Below the pieces are notes generated by a model. That model searched no databases and had not been told where the DNA came from. It saw nothing but the letters and a program-made list of their open reading frames with translations. The position numbers and the translations under genes were made by a program. Source: Candidatus Kaiserbacteria bacterium RIFCSPHIGHO2_01_FULL_58_22 (GTDB taxonomy: Bacteria; Patescibacteriota; Minisyncoccia; Phycocordibacterales; UBA2100). Taken from it: a stretch of 35,514 nt of DNA. Shown piece by piece: positions 16,026 to 24,864 of the stretch. Within the stretch, counting starts at the first letter, position 1, and every line of letters begins with the position of its first letter. The stretch spans positions 1-35,514 of the forward strand of contig MFLB01000021.1 in NCBI GenBank assembly GCA_001781445.1. Reading direction: 5' to 3'.

Positions 16026-18215
16026 TCACTCTTCGTGGAGCTCGCTTCCGATGCGTGCGGCTCTCCGCGCGAGCGCGGGATGGCGCGAGAGCGAGGGATC
16101 TTCTTTGACCAGCCGCTTTGCCTCGAGGCGCGCGGCGCGGATGAGCTTAGTGTTTTTCAGCGCCTCCATGCCGAGGTCAGACATGCCCCACTGCCTGCGG
16201 CCGTAGAGATCTCCCGCGCCGCGCGCCTCGAGATCGACTTCGGCGAGCTTGAAACCGTCGTTCGATTTCTCAAGGGCGCGCAAGCGCTGCATTGCGGCTT
16301 TTCCCGCCGTTTCTGGAAGCAAAAAACAGCGCGGAGGATGCGAGGAGCGTTGAACGCGGCCACGCAGTTGATGCAATTGCGCGAGCCCGAAGCGTTCCGC
16401 CCCTTCGATGAGGATCACCGTTGCGTTGGGAACGTTGATCCCCACCTCGACGACCGACGTCGCGACGAGGATGTGAATGCCGCCGGCGGCGAAGCGGCTC
16501 ATCACCGCGTCCTTTTCTTTCGGCTTCATGGCGCCGTGCAGAAGGCCGATATCGAACTCCGGGAAAACGTCCTTTGCGAGACGCTTCGCCTCCGCCTTCG
16601 CCGACTTCGCCTGAAGCGCGTTCAGTTTTGAAGGATCGGGCTCTTCGATGCGCGGGCAGATGACGTACGCCTGGCGGCCCTTTTGCACCTCCTCGCGCAC
16701 CGCCTCGTATGCCTCTTCTCTCTCGCCGGGCTTTACGAGCGTTGTCGTGATGCGCGCCCGCCCGGGCGGCAGTTCGTCGAGGATAGAAAGATCGAGGTCG
16801 CCGTAGACGGTGAGCGCGAGCGTCCGTGGTATCGGCGTTGCCGTCATGCTCAAAAAGTGCGGCGTTGCTTCTCCCTTTTGCGAAAGCGCGCAGCGCTGTC
16901 GCGTGCCAAACCTGTGCTGTTCGTCCACGATGGCATAGGCGAGGTGCCGGAACTTCACGGACTTCTGAATGAGCGCGTGCGTCCCGACGAGCATCGCGAT
17001 TTCGCCGTTCTCGACCCACTTCAAAAGCTGGGAGCGGGAGATGCTCGTTACCTGTTCAGCGTACTTCCGCGTCCGTTCCGCGTAATTCCGCGTTTTGGAG
17101 GGAAATTTTTTGCAACCGCTTCCCGTGATGAGCGCAATGCGTATGGGAAGGTGCGAGAAGTATTCGATGAACGACTGGAAATGCTGTCCGGCGAGTATTT
17201 CCGTCGGCGCCATGTACGCCGCCTGCAGTGTCCCGCTCTCGCCTCCGGGCGGCCTGGAGTTCACGACAGCGTAGGCGGTCGCCGCCGCAACGAGCGTTTT
17301 TCCGCTCCCGACGTCGCCTTCGAGAAGCCGCGCCATCGGATGCGGCTTTTTGAAATCGCCGAGAATATCGGCTATGGCGCGCTCCTGCGCCCCCGTCGGC
17401 CGAAGCGCGACGGAGTCGAGAAAGCGGCGCGCAAGCTCATCGCCGTTTTTTACGGGAAAAGATTTCTGTACGTCGTTTTCCGCCCGTTCGCGGGCCCGCG
17501 CGACCTGTATCGAGAAGATCTCCTCGAACGCGAAGCGCTTGCGCGCCGCTTCCGCCTCCCGCTCGGTCTTCGGCCGGTGCGCCGCGAGGAGCGCGCGAGA
17601 GAGATCCGGAAGGTTGTAGCGCGCCCGCACGTCCGCCGGCACCGGGTCTTCGAGCCTGCCGTGCGCGCCGCTCTCGAAGACGCGTCCGAGCGCGTGGAAA
17701 AACCACCGCGACGTGATGCCGCGGCTCTCCGGGTAGACGGGAAACACGGAGCTTCGAGCTTCGGGCTTCGAGCTTTGGGGTTCAAAAAGGCCTTCCGCGA
17801 CAGAGCCGGGCGGAAGATGCTCCACTTCCGGGTTCGCGATGTACGGGCGTTCCGCGTTGCCGCCCACCGTTCCCGTCATTTTCACAGCGCTCCCGTCGGC
17901 GATGTAGGAGGCGATGTACGGCTGGTTGAACCACATGACCTTCACCTTCCCGCTCGCATCCTCGAACCAGCCCTCGGTAACATTGCGGCGGCTTTTCCAG
18001 AGCTTTTTCGCCTTGAGATCGCGAAGCGTGCCGAAGAGCGTCACGTTTGCGCCGGGCGCGAGCGCCGAAACGCGGACGGGCGCGCCTGCCGTCTCGTACC
18101 GGGCCGGAACATGCCGCAGGAGGCCGGCGATCGTCGAAACGCCGAGCCGCAAAAGGGCTCGTTGCTGGATCGGCGTCAGCCGGAAATGCCGCGCAACGGG
18201 GTCTTCGGGACGCAT
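16026..18215 (-). CDS. recG: ATP-dependent DNA helicase RecG
   Basis: RLLEGDVGSGKT, MAPTEILA.QH, VDEQHRFG, MTATPIPRTL, GLAQLHQLRGRV, DGFKLAEVDL..RG.G. Confidence 0.96.
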   Translation of the reverse strand: MRPEDPVARHFRLTPIQQRALLRLGVSTIAGLLRHVPARYETAGAPVRVSALAPGANVTLFGTLRDLKAKKLWKSRRNVTEGWFEDASGKVKVMWFNQPYIASYIADGSAVKMTGTVGGNAERPYIANPEVEHLPPGSVAEGLFEPQSSKPEARSSVFPVYPESRGITSRWFFHALGRVFESGAHGRLEDPVPADVRARYNLPDLSRALLAAHRPKTEREAEAARKRFAFEEIFSIQVARARERAENDVQKSFPVKNGDELARRFLDSVALRPTGAQERAIADILGDFKKPHPMARLLEGDVGSGKTLVAAATAYAVVNSRPPGGESGTLQAAYMAPTEILAGQHFQSFIEYFSHLPIRIALITGSGCKKFPSKTRNYAERTRKYAEQVTSISRSQLLKWVENGEIAMLVGTHALIQKSVKFRHLAYAIVDEQHRFGTRQRCALSQKGEATPHFLSMTATPIPRTLALTVYGDLDLSILDELPPGRARITTTLVKPGEREEAYEAVREEVQKGRQAYVICPRIEEPDPSKLNALQAKSAKAEAKRLAKDVFPEFDIGLLHGAMKPKEKDAVMSRFAAGGIHILVATSVVEVGINVPNATVILIEGAERFGLAQLHQLRGRVQRSSHPPRCFLLPETAGKAAMQRLRALEKSNDGFKLAEVDLEARGAGDLYGRRQWGMSDLGMEALKNTKLIRAARLEAKRLVKEDPSLSRHPALARRAARIGSELHEE
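17055..17095. repeat. Four imperfect 10-11-bp tandem units (TTC[A/C]GCGT core) inside recG
   Basis: TTCAGCGTAC TTCCGCGTCCG TTCCGCGTAA TTCCGCGTTT, encoding part of KTRNYAERTRKYAE. Confidence 0.7.
17749..17776. repeat. Four 7-bp tandem units (GAGCTTC) inside recG
   Basis: GAGCTTC GAGCTTC GGGCTTC GAGCTTT, encoding part of QSSKPEARSS. Confidence 0.7.
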
Positions 18216-18476
18216 GTGAGTAATTATAAGTCCCGGCGCCCGTGCCGCAGAGTCTGGACCCCGGTAGCGTCCGGGAGTTATACACAGTTTTCCGTCTCAC
18301 GCCTTGCAGGAGCGTTTGGCATGGATACTATGGGCGTGTTCGGGAATCAGGGGCGTAAACCGGCTCATTCCACCGCAGGGTGTTTGCCGCCGATTTCTGG
18401 CTCCTCGGCTCGGAAATACAAAAGCATACTTTTGCATTTCACTCGCTCTACGTCGCCAGTAAGATTTTCTAACACT

Positions 18477-18626
18477 ATGGCATACAAAGACGATTACGTT
18501 CGCAGGCCGGAGGACGAGGAGGAAGGCGTGCTTGGATCCGCATCCGAAGACGCGCTCGACGAATCCGAGGACGAGGAGGCGGCTTTCGGCGGCGGAATGG
18601 AGGAAGAGGAGGAGAAGTGGGAGTAG
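18477..18626 (+). CDS. 49-aa highly acidic hypothetical protein
   Basis: MAYKDDYVRRPEDEEEG...EEEEEKWE; 21 of 49 residues D/E, GC-rich third positions, fills the intergenic space. Confidence 0.65.
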   Translation: MAYKDDYVRRPEDEEEGVLGSASEDALDESEDEEAAFGGGMEEEEEKWE

Positions 18627-18658
18627 CCGTAGACGATCAAAACCTGAAAATTATCTAC

Positions 18659-18994
18659 ATGCACACGGCGCTGAAGTATCTCGGGACGGTCGCGGCGGTG
18701 GTGCTGACGGTCAATATCGTGCCGGGCATTACGGTCTCCGGGGGATGGACGACCGTCCTTCTCGCCGCGCTCGTGTGGTCTGTCATCGTGATGGTCATCA
18801 AGCCAGTGCTTTCTCTTCTTACCCTGCCCATAACTATTCTCACGCTCGGGCTGTTCTCATTCGTCCTGAACGCGCTCCTCTTCTGGGCGATGACGCTCGT
18901 CGTTCCTGGATTCGCCGTCGCCGGGTTCTTCCCGGCGCTTCTCGGCGCGCTTGTGCTCTCCGTTCTCACGTGGCTCATTCAGCAGGTCCTCTAG
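18659..18994 (+). CDS. YvlD/DUF360-like four-TM membrane protein (phage holin superfamily IV annotation)
   Basis: IVPGI.V, IKPVL.LLTLPITILTLGLFSFVLNA, VPGF.V.GF..ALLGA; start ATG 18659. Confidence 0.85.
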   Translation: MHTALKYLGTVAAVVLTVNIVPGITVSGGWTTVLLAALVWSVIVMVIKPVLSLLTLPITILTLGLFSFVLNALLFWAMTLVVPGFAVAGFFPALLGALVLSVLTWLIQQVL

Positions 18995-20757
18995 AACGCG
19001 CACCCTATCTCGCGCAAATACGCGAGGGTGTTCTGTTTGTGTTCCGCCGAGAGGGCATCCAGGCTCCCGTCGGACGCCTGCTCACAAACGCCCTTCCCCG
19101 TTGAGGCGAATATCCACGAGCCCGCGCGGCACTGGAGCAGGGGCCCTGCGGCGGCTCCGCACGCCCCGTTGACGGCGGGACACGGATTTCCGTAGATCGT
19201 CTCGCCTTCGCCGTACGAGCGGCTGTAGTACACGCACGAGCCGCCGATGCTGATCGTCTGCGACGAGTCGTACGTCCACGTCCCCCTGCGGCAGATGTGA
19301 AATCCGCTCTTACAGCTTCCCATGGGGCACGAAAGGTACGCGCGCGAGCCTTCCGAACCGCAGTTGATGCCGTAGCCGCTCCCGATCGGCGCGGCACCGC
19401 CGCCTTCGTATGCGCCAACGTCGATCCGCGTAATGGAGGACGAGCAGTACGAGGTGAAGGGAATGCACCATTGGCCTCCCGCGCCGCACGCGCCGGTGAT
19501 GTAGCCCGTGCCCGAAGAAGGGCAGTTGCCGGCCTCGCAGGGAACCGAGAGGGTCGCCCCCTGCGGGTATGAGGCTCCTTCGTGCATGCACGCGCCCGCT
19601 TGGGCTTGCAGGGGCGTGCCGGTCGCCGAAGTTTCCGTCGCGGGCGGCGGCACGACCGGCGCTCCCACGAGCGCCTGCAAGAGGCTCCCTATCGCAGTGC
19701 CGGCTATCTGGAACGGAGGACTCGTCGTGCTGGCAATATTCGACAGCATCGCGAGAACCGCATACGTCCCGGGCGGGATCGAGCAGAGGCTCGCGCTCCC
19801 CTCGCAACGCGCGAACTTCGCGATGCAATCAAACGCGCTCTCGCCGATCGAGCAACCGCTGTCCTCGTACGGCACGCGCCACAGGTACGTGCCGGAAGCG
19901 GAGAGATTGTCCGCGATCGTCCCGAGCGTCTTGCCATCCGCATCGAGGAGCGAGAGCGCGACGCTACCGCGCGGCGCGTTCGTGCTGTGCCACGATATGC
20001 TCAATGCGTTCCCTCCCGTAACGATGCCGCCCGCGGCGGGCGCTGTCAGCTCAATGCTCGGCGCGGGCGCGGGCGCGGGAGCCGACGTGGTCGCCGCCTC
20101 CGGGGAGAAGGGCGTGGCGCACTGGTATCCCGTAAGACAGCCGTTCGCGTCGTAGCCTTTCTCCCACGAGCCGGCGCACGCGCCGGGAAGCGGCGGCGCG
20201 GGCGCGTCCGGGCACGCCGACCCGCCCTGCTCTTCCCGCCGCGCTTGCTCTGCCTGCCCGCCCTCCGATCGGGCGCTTTGGGACCGGGCGTTTTGGGAGC
20301 AGGCCGCGAGTATTGCCGCGCGGGTCTTCGGGCCGACGAGGCCGAAACCGGTCGAGGCGGCGTCTCCCGAGCCGACGATCCCGTGCGCGCTCTGCCACTC
20401 CATCACGCCCTCCTCCGTCAGCGGCCCGAAGTAGCCAGTCGCGAGGTCGGAGAGCAGGTAGCCGTCGTTGATGAGAAAACGCTGGAGCAGGCGCACGTCG
20501 TCGCCCCGGGAGCCGACGGAAAGCGTCCGCGCGATCGAGGGGCACGCGGGCTCTGCCGGCAGATTCAAGCCGGAACCCGCCGCATTCGTCTCCCCGCCCT
20601 GCACCTGCGCCTTCAAGACTTCGATACGCGCGAGGATGCTCTGTATCTGCGCTTTGATATCGTCAATCGTTAGCGCTGATGAGGTTGCAGGCACGATGAG
20701 CGCTATTGCGAGCGCGACTCTCGATAATCCCGCGACCCAACCCTTGGTCATTTTCAT
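18991..20757 (-). CDS. Secreted peptidoglycan-binding-domain protein with Cys-rich C-terminal modules
   Basis: Signal-like N-terminus, coiled segment, RTLSVGSRGDDVRLLQRFL...TGYFGPLT...WQ...VGPKTRAAI; start ATG 20757 overlaps the upstream stop (ATGA). Confidence 0.85.
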   Translation of the reverse strand: MKMTKGWVAGLSRVALAIALIVPATSSALTIDDIKAQIQSILARIEVLKAQVQGGETNAAGSGLNLPAEPACPSIARTLSVGSRGDDVRLLQRFLINDGYLLSDLATGYFGPLTEEGVMEWQSAHGIVGSGDAASTGFGLVGPKTRAAILAACSQNARSQSARSEGGQAEQARREEQGGSACPDAPAPPLPGACAGSWEKGYDANGCLTGYQCATPFSPEAATTSAPAPAPAPSIELTAPAAGGIVTGGNALSISWHSTNAPRGSVALSLLDADGKTLGTIADNLSASGTYLWRVPYEDSGCSIGESAFDCIAKFARCEGSASLCSIPPGTYAVLAMLSNIASTTSPPFQIAGTAIGSLLQALVGAPVVPPPATETSATGTPLQAQAGACMHEGASYPQGATLSVPCEAGNCPSSGTGYITGACGAGGQWCIPFTSYCSSSITRIDVGAYEGGGAAPIGSGYGINCGSEGSRAYLSCPMGSCKSGFHICRRGTWTYDSSQTISIGGSCVYYSRSYGEGETIYGNPCPAVNGACGAAAGPLLQCRAGSWIFASTGKGVCEQASDGSLDALSAEHKQNTLAYLREIGCAF

Positions 20758-21722
20758 TGAACGGTGCCACTCGTTGAGCCGCCGACGGTGATCGTTACCT
20801 GGCCGAGCTCCTGCCACACAGCCGGGCAGGCGAGGCCGGCGGGACACTTAGGAGCGTATAGAAGCCGAGCCGTGTATGTGCCGGGGGAGGCATAGGTATG
20901 TGTTGCGCCCGGCTTACATTCAATGCCTGCCGAGGTGCATGATGGAATAAGTACGGGACTTTCGGCTCCATCTCCGAACTGAATTGAGTATTCGATGCCA
21001 GAAACAAGAGTTGTGAATCGAACCGAAAGCGGCGCGGGTCCGGAGAGCGGGCTCGCCGAGAATGCTCCCGTGCTCGGCATCGGCACGGGCGTCGGCTGGG
21101 AGAGCGGAATTGAGCACTTGTACGAGGTGGTACAGCCATAGCCGTCGGTAATCGCCTGCCATCCCGCGCTACAGGCCGTGGTCGGCGGCGGCGCGAGGGG
21201 GCACGAAGTCGGCGTCGTCGAGACGGGAACCGGCGCGGGCTGGTTCGCCGAGACGACGCAACGGTTCAATATCGCGGCGCGCGTGCGGGGCCCTGCGACG
21301 CCCCAGCCGGTCGTCGCGGGCGCGCCCGAGCGCACGACGCCCTGCGCCGATTGCCACGCCTGCACGGAAGCCTCGGTGATGGGGCCGAAGAATCCTGTCG
21401 CATTCGCGTGGAAGAATCCCTCATCGGCGAGGAACGATTGCAGGGCTACGATATCCGCGCCGGAAGCACCGAGCGAAAGGTCGCGGTAGAGCGAGGGACA
21501 GCGCACGCGCGGCGCGGCAGGAGCAGGGCTCGGAACGGGGGTGGGAGCCGGAGCCGGTGTAATGGAAAGGGTCGCGAGCTGTTGCTGGAGCGCCGCTATT
21601 TCTGCAAGCAGGGCGTTGATCTCCTGTTGTATAGGATCGGAAACCTGCGCGCCGGCCGCAAGCGGGAGAAAGAGCGCGAGGAGAGCGCCGAGAACAAGGC
21701 GGGTACGAATCGTGGTGAGCAT
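20754..21722 (-). CDS. Secreted peptidoglycan-binding-domain plus PKD-like domain protein
   Basis: Signal peptide, RDLSLGASGADIVALQSFL..TGFFGPIT, SGPAPLSVRF...FGDG...HTYASPGTY. Confidence 0.85.
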   Translation of the reverse strand: MLTTIRTRLVLGALLALFLPLAAGAQVSDPIQQEINALLAEIAALQQQLATLSITPAPAPTPVPSPAPAAPRVRCPSLYRDLSLGASGADIVALQSFLADEGFFHANATGFFGPITEASVQAWQSAQGVVRSGAPATTGWGVAGPRTRAAILNRCVVSANQPAPVPVSTTPTSCPLAPPPTTACSAGWQAITDGYGCTTSYKCSIPLSQPTPVPMPSTGAFSASPLSGPAPLSVRFTTLVSGIEYSIQFGDGAESPVLIPSCTSAGIECKPGATHTYASPGTYTARLLYAPKCPAGLACPAVWQELGQVTITVGGSTSGTVQ

Positions 21723-21747
21723 GGCGTGCAATGCGTTTGCTAACTGA

Positions 21748-23433
21748 CTAATTGATCGTGGCTCCGGATGTCGCCTTGACTTTCCCGTTGCCGTCGCGCA
21801 ACGAGATGGTGTACGCCCCGTTGCCCGCGTATGTGTGGCTTAACGTCGCGTTCGCGGAGCCTCCCGCGCATCCGCTTTGCGAGGCCGCCGCCGAGGGAAC
21901 GGCGCCGTCTCCCCAATCGATCGAATACGCCGCGCACGCCGGATATTCTATCTGGACGGAAACCGCGGCGAGGTCGCCGCCGACGCCTGGCGTTACCGAG
22001 ACGATGCCCCACGACGTGGAAATGGCGGGGCCGGCGACGCTGACGCTCGTCTGGGCGGCCTGCGAGCCCGCCGCATTGCTTCCGCGGTAGAGCCGCGCGA
22101 TGAAGTTCCCGCCGGATTGGTATGCATGGACGGCCTCGAAGGTGAACGCCCGGCACGCGTCGGCCGGGTACGCGATCGTCGTATTGCTGTTGTCGCCGAA
22201 GTCGAGAAAGTAGGAGCCGCCGTTGCAGTCAGCCGAGCCGTTGATGACGCCGGTGAACGTAACCGAGAGCGGCGCGTCGCCGGAGGTCTGAGACGCCGAT
22301 ACGGAGTCCGATGTCGGCGCGGGCGCGGGCGTCGGCGCCGGAGCGGGAGAAGGAAGCGGGGGCCCCGCGCCGTAGACCTGCACCGTCGCGGAGGTGCGGT
22401 GCCCGCCGGCGGAGAGCGTAACGAGGTACGTGCCGCCGTAGCGATATTGGTGCGCGAGGGTTTGCACCATTTGCTGGCAGTTGCCCGCCGGCACCGCTAT
22501 CTGTGAGGCCGGCGTGCCGTCGCCGTAGTCGAGCGTGTAGGTCGCGCCGGCGCACGCGTTGACGGTGTTGACCGTCGCCTGGATCGCGATATTCAGGGGC
22601 GCGTTCCCCGTTATCGGCGTTACCTGGATGAACCCGCCCACCGCCGGCGCCGTTCCCCCTCCACCGCCCCCTCCGTACGTCGAACATTGAAGAGACATCG
22701 CGGCCGCCGTGCGCGGACCCACCTGCCCGTAGCCGGTAGTCGCGGCCGTGCCGGACGAGACGATGCTGAACTTCTCCTGCCATCGTTTTACCGCCGCCTC
22801 CGTGAGCGCGCCGTAGTAGCCCGTCACGCGCCCCTCGGGGTAGACGGAAGGATTGCGCGCGAGGAATTTCTGGAGCCGCGTTACGTCGTCGCCCGAATCG
22901 CCGATGTGGAGAATGCGCCCTATCAAGGGGCACGAGCCCGCATCGTACGCGCCGCTCCCGCTTGTTCCCTGCGCCGAGAGGCCGAGTTGCGCCTGCAGTT
23001 GCTGAACGCGCGCGAGGAGCGCCTGCGCCTGCGCGCGCAACTGGTCGGCGGTCGTCGGCGGAGGCGTTCCCGGCGTCGTATACGTCGTTTGTTGGGCCGT
23101 CGGCGAGACGGTAATGGTGCCGACCATGCCGGGATGGAAGAGACAGCGGTATGAATAGGTGCCGGGCTCCGTAAAGGTCCGGGAGAAAACCGCTCCAGGC
23201 TGAATCGTGCCGCTGTCGAACGAACCGTTGTACGCGGTAACGGTATGCGCCATGCTGTCGGTGTTGGTCCAGATGACCGTGTCGCCCGCGGTCACGGTGA
23301 TCTGCGCGGGCGTGAAGTAGTTCGAGCCCATCGAGACGTTCGCCTGCGCCGCTTCGCCGGCGCGGGGAATGAACACGAGCGAGAGCGCGACGAGCGCGCA
23401 CGCGCCGATGAAGAAACGACTGGCAAGCGCCAT
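21748..23433 (-). CDS. Secreted cupredoxin + peptidoglycan-binding + 3x PKD-like multidomain protein
   Basis: Signal peptide; GDTVIWTN.D..AHTVT...YRCLFHPGM (His, Cys, His, Met type-1 Cu ligands); GDSGDDVTRLQKFL PG-binding motif; three D[YFW]GD..H.Y PKD-like repeats; start ATG 23433. Confidence 0.85.
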   Translation of the reverse strand: MALASRFFIGACALVALSLVFIPRAGEAAQANVSMGSNYFTPAQITVTAGDTVIWTNTDSMAHTVTAYNGSFDSGTIQPGAVFSRTFTEPGTYSYRCLFHPGMVGTITVSPTAQQTTYTTPGTPPPTTADQLRAQAQALLARVQQLQAQLGLSAQGTSGSGAYDAGSCPLIGRILHIGDSGDDVTRLQKFLARNPSVYPEGRVTGYYGALTEAAVKRWQEKFSIVSSGTAATTGYGQVGPRTAAAMSLQCSTYGGGGGGGTAPAVGGFIQVTPITGNAPLNIAIQATVNTVNACAGATYTLDYGDGTPASQIAVPAGNCQQMVQTLAHQYRYGGTYLVTLSAGGHRTSATVQVYGAGPPLPSPAPAPTPAPAPTSDSVSASQTSGDAPLSVTFTGVINGSADCNGGSYFLDFGDNSNTTIAYPADACRAFTFEAVHAYQSGGNFIARLYRGSNAAGSQAAQTSVSVAGPAISTSWGIVSVTPGVGGDLAAVSVQIEYPACAAYSIDWGDGAVPSAAASQSGCAGGSANATLSHTYAGNGAYTISLRDGNGKVKATSGATIN

Positions 23434-23553
23434 GCGTCTATTGTGGCATGTCCTCGCGATGCCGCAATCGCGAATCCACACTCCATGAAGCTGGTCAGCG
23501 CGCGTCATATTGTCACATTGTTCCACAGGCTCCCCGGCGGTTTTTCCAAGTTG

Positions 23554-23581
23554 CAGTTCTTGTACATATGTACAAGAACTG
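23554..23581. repeat. Perfect 28-bp palindrome
   Basis: CAGTTCTTGTACATATGTACAAGAACTG. Confidence 0.85.
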
Positions 23582-23605
23582 TATTGAACAGATTTGCGCT
23601 TTCCC

Positions 23606-23681
23606 TGGTCCGCCCGTCTGGACTCGAACCAGAAACCCCGAAGATATAAGCTTCGTGCTCTAACCATTGAGCTACGGGCGG
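23606..23681 (-). tRNA. tRNA-Ile(UAU)
   Basis: CCGCCCG acceptor, GCTC/GAGC D-stem, CGAAG-CT TAT AT-CTTCG anticodon arm, TCTGG-TTCGAGT-CCAGA T-arm, discriminator A, encoded CCA; 76 nt. Confidence 0.93.
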
Positions 23682-23698
23682 TCAGGCCGATTATAGAA

Positions 23699-24841
23699 CT
23701 AACGGATGACTTTTGCGACCGCTTTTGCGACGCGCTTGTCGAACATGTCGGGGACGATTCTGGTGGCGGTCGGCTTCGGGACCAAGGCGGCGATCGCGTG
23801 CGCGGCTTTCAGCTTCATGGCCTCGGTGATCTTCGTTACTTTGTGATCGAGCGCGCCGCGGAATATCCCTGGGAATGCCAGAGAATTGTTTATTTGGTTC
23901 GGAAAATCCGAGCGCCCTGTGCCGACGACCGAGGCGCCCCCGCGCTTCGCCTCGTCTGGCATGATCTCCGGTATCGGATTCGCCATCGCGAGCACGATGG
24001 CTCCCTTTGCCATTCGCCTGATGTCTTCTGCTGTCGCAAGCCCCGGACCGGAGACGCCGATGAGGACGTCGGAACCATTGAGCGCCTCCCGAAGGCCGCC
24101 TTGCACGCCATCCGGGTTCGTGAATTTCGCGAGTTCTTTCTTATGCGGCGTAAGGTCATCCCGAACCGATGAAATGACACCTTTGCTATCGAGCATCACG
24201 ATATTGAGTGCGCCCGCCGCGTGAAGGAGGTGCGCCGTCGCCGTGCCCGCCGCGCCGGCTCCCGAGATGACGATGCGCGCGGTCCCGATCTTCTTACCGA
24301 CGACTTTCAGCGCGTTCAAAAGGCCCGCGAGAACGACGATGGCCGTGCCGTGCTGGTCGTCGTGCATCACGGGAATGTCGAGGGCGTCTATCACGCGCCG
24401 CTCTATCTCGAAGCACTTCGGCGCGGCGATGTCCTCCAGATTGATGCCGCCGAACGCGGGCGCGATGCGCAGAACCGTCTCGACGATTTCGTCCGCATCT
24501 TGGGTATCCAAGACGATGGGCACCGTATCAATGTCGGCGAATGTTTTGAAAATGGCGGCCTTCCCTTCCATGACGGGGAGCGCGCCCAAAGCGCCGATGT
24601 TGCCGAGGCCGAGCACGGCCGAGCCGTCGGAAATAACGGCGACCGAGCGGCCTTTCATCGTATACCGCCGCGCCTCTTTCGGATTCTTCGCCACGTACGA
24701 GGAAACGGCGGCGACGCCGGGCGTGTAGACAAGCGAGAGCTCCGCGCGGTTGCGTATCGGCGCGGCAGGCACGATGCGAATCTTTCCCCCGAGCTTTTTG
24801 TGCAACGCAAGCGCCTTTTTTGCGATGTCCGTTTTCGCCAT
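23699..24841 (-). CDS. NAD(P)-dependent malic enzyme (short type)
   Basis: YTPGVA, SDGSAVLGLGNIG, PVMEGKA, GGINLEDI, MHDDQHGTA, GAGAAG, TGRSDFPNQINN. Confidence 0.95.
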   Translation of the reverse strand: MAKTDIAKKALALHKKLGGKIRIVPAAPIRNRAELSLVYTPGVAAVSSYVAKNPKEARRYTMKGRSVAVISDGSAVLGLGNIGALGALPVMEGKAAIFKTFADIDTVPIVLDTQDADEIVETVLRIAPAFGGINLEDIAAPKCFEIERRVIDALDIPVMHDDQHGTAIVVLAGLLNALKVVGKKIGTARIVISGAGAAGTATAHLLHAAGALNIVMLDSKGVISSVRDDLTPHKKELAKFTNPDGVQGGLREALNGSDVLIGVSGPGLATAEDIRRMAKGAIVLAMANPIPEIMPDEAKRGGASVVGTGRSDFPNQINNSLAFPGIFRGALDHKVTKITEAMKLKAAHAIAALVPKPTATRIVPDMFDKRVAKAVAKVIR

Positions 24842-24864
24842 TCCCGCAAGTGTATACTAAAGCC
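24842..24864. promoter_or_regulatory. 23-bp bidirectional promoter with overlapping -10 elements
   Basis: + strand TATACT (24853-24858)-N6-GTG 24865; - strand TACACT (24854-24849)-N7-ATG 24841. Confidence 0.65.

Noticed and set aside
18278-18286. Consensus DnaA box TTATACACA as a sign of oriC
   Set aside because: Single box with no cluster, no AT-rich unwinding region and no dnaA/dnaN nearby
16683-18476. 647-aa + strand ORF and other long antisense ORFs (7227-8363, 14728-16029, 25932-27203)
   Set aside because: Shadow frames opposite well-supported GC-rich genes with no recognisable motifs; only the acidic tail from 18477 is kept
18659-23433. Prophage lysis module (holin-annotated protein plus PG-binding proteins)
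   Set aside because: No phage structural, terminase or integrase genes; the YvlD-like family is commonly chromosomal, and the PG-binding proteins have signal peptides and no lytic domain
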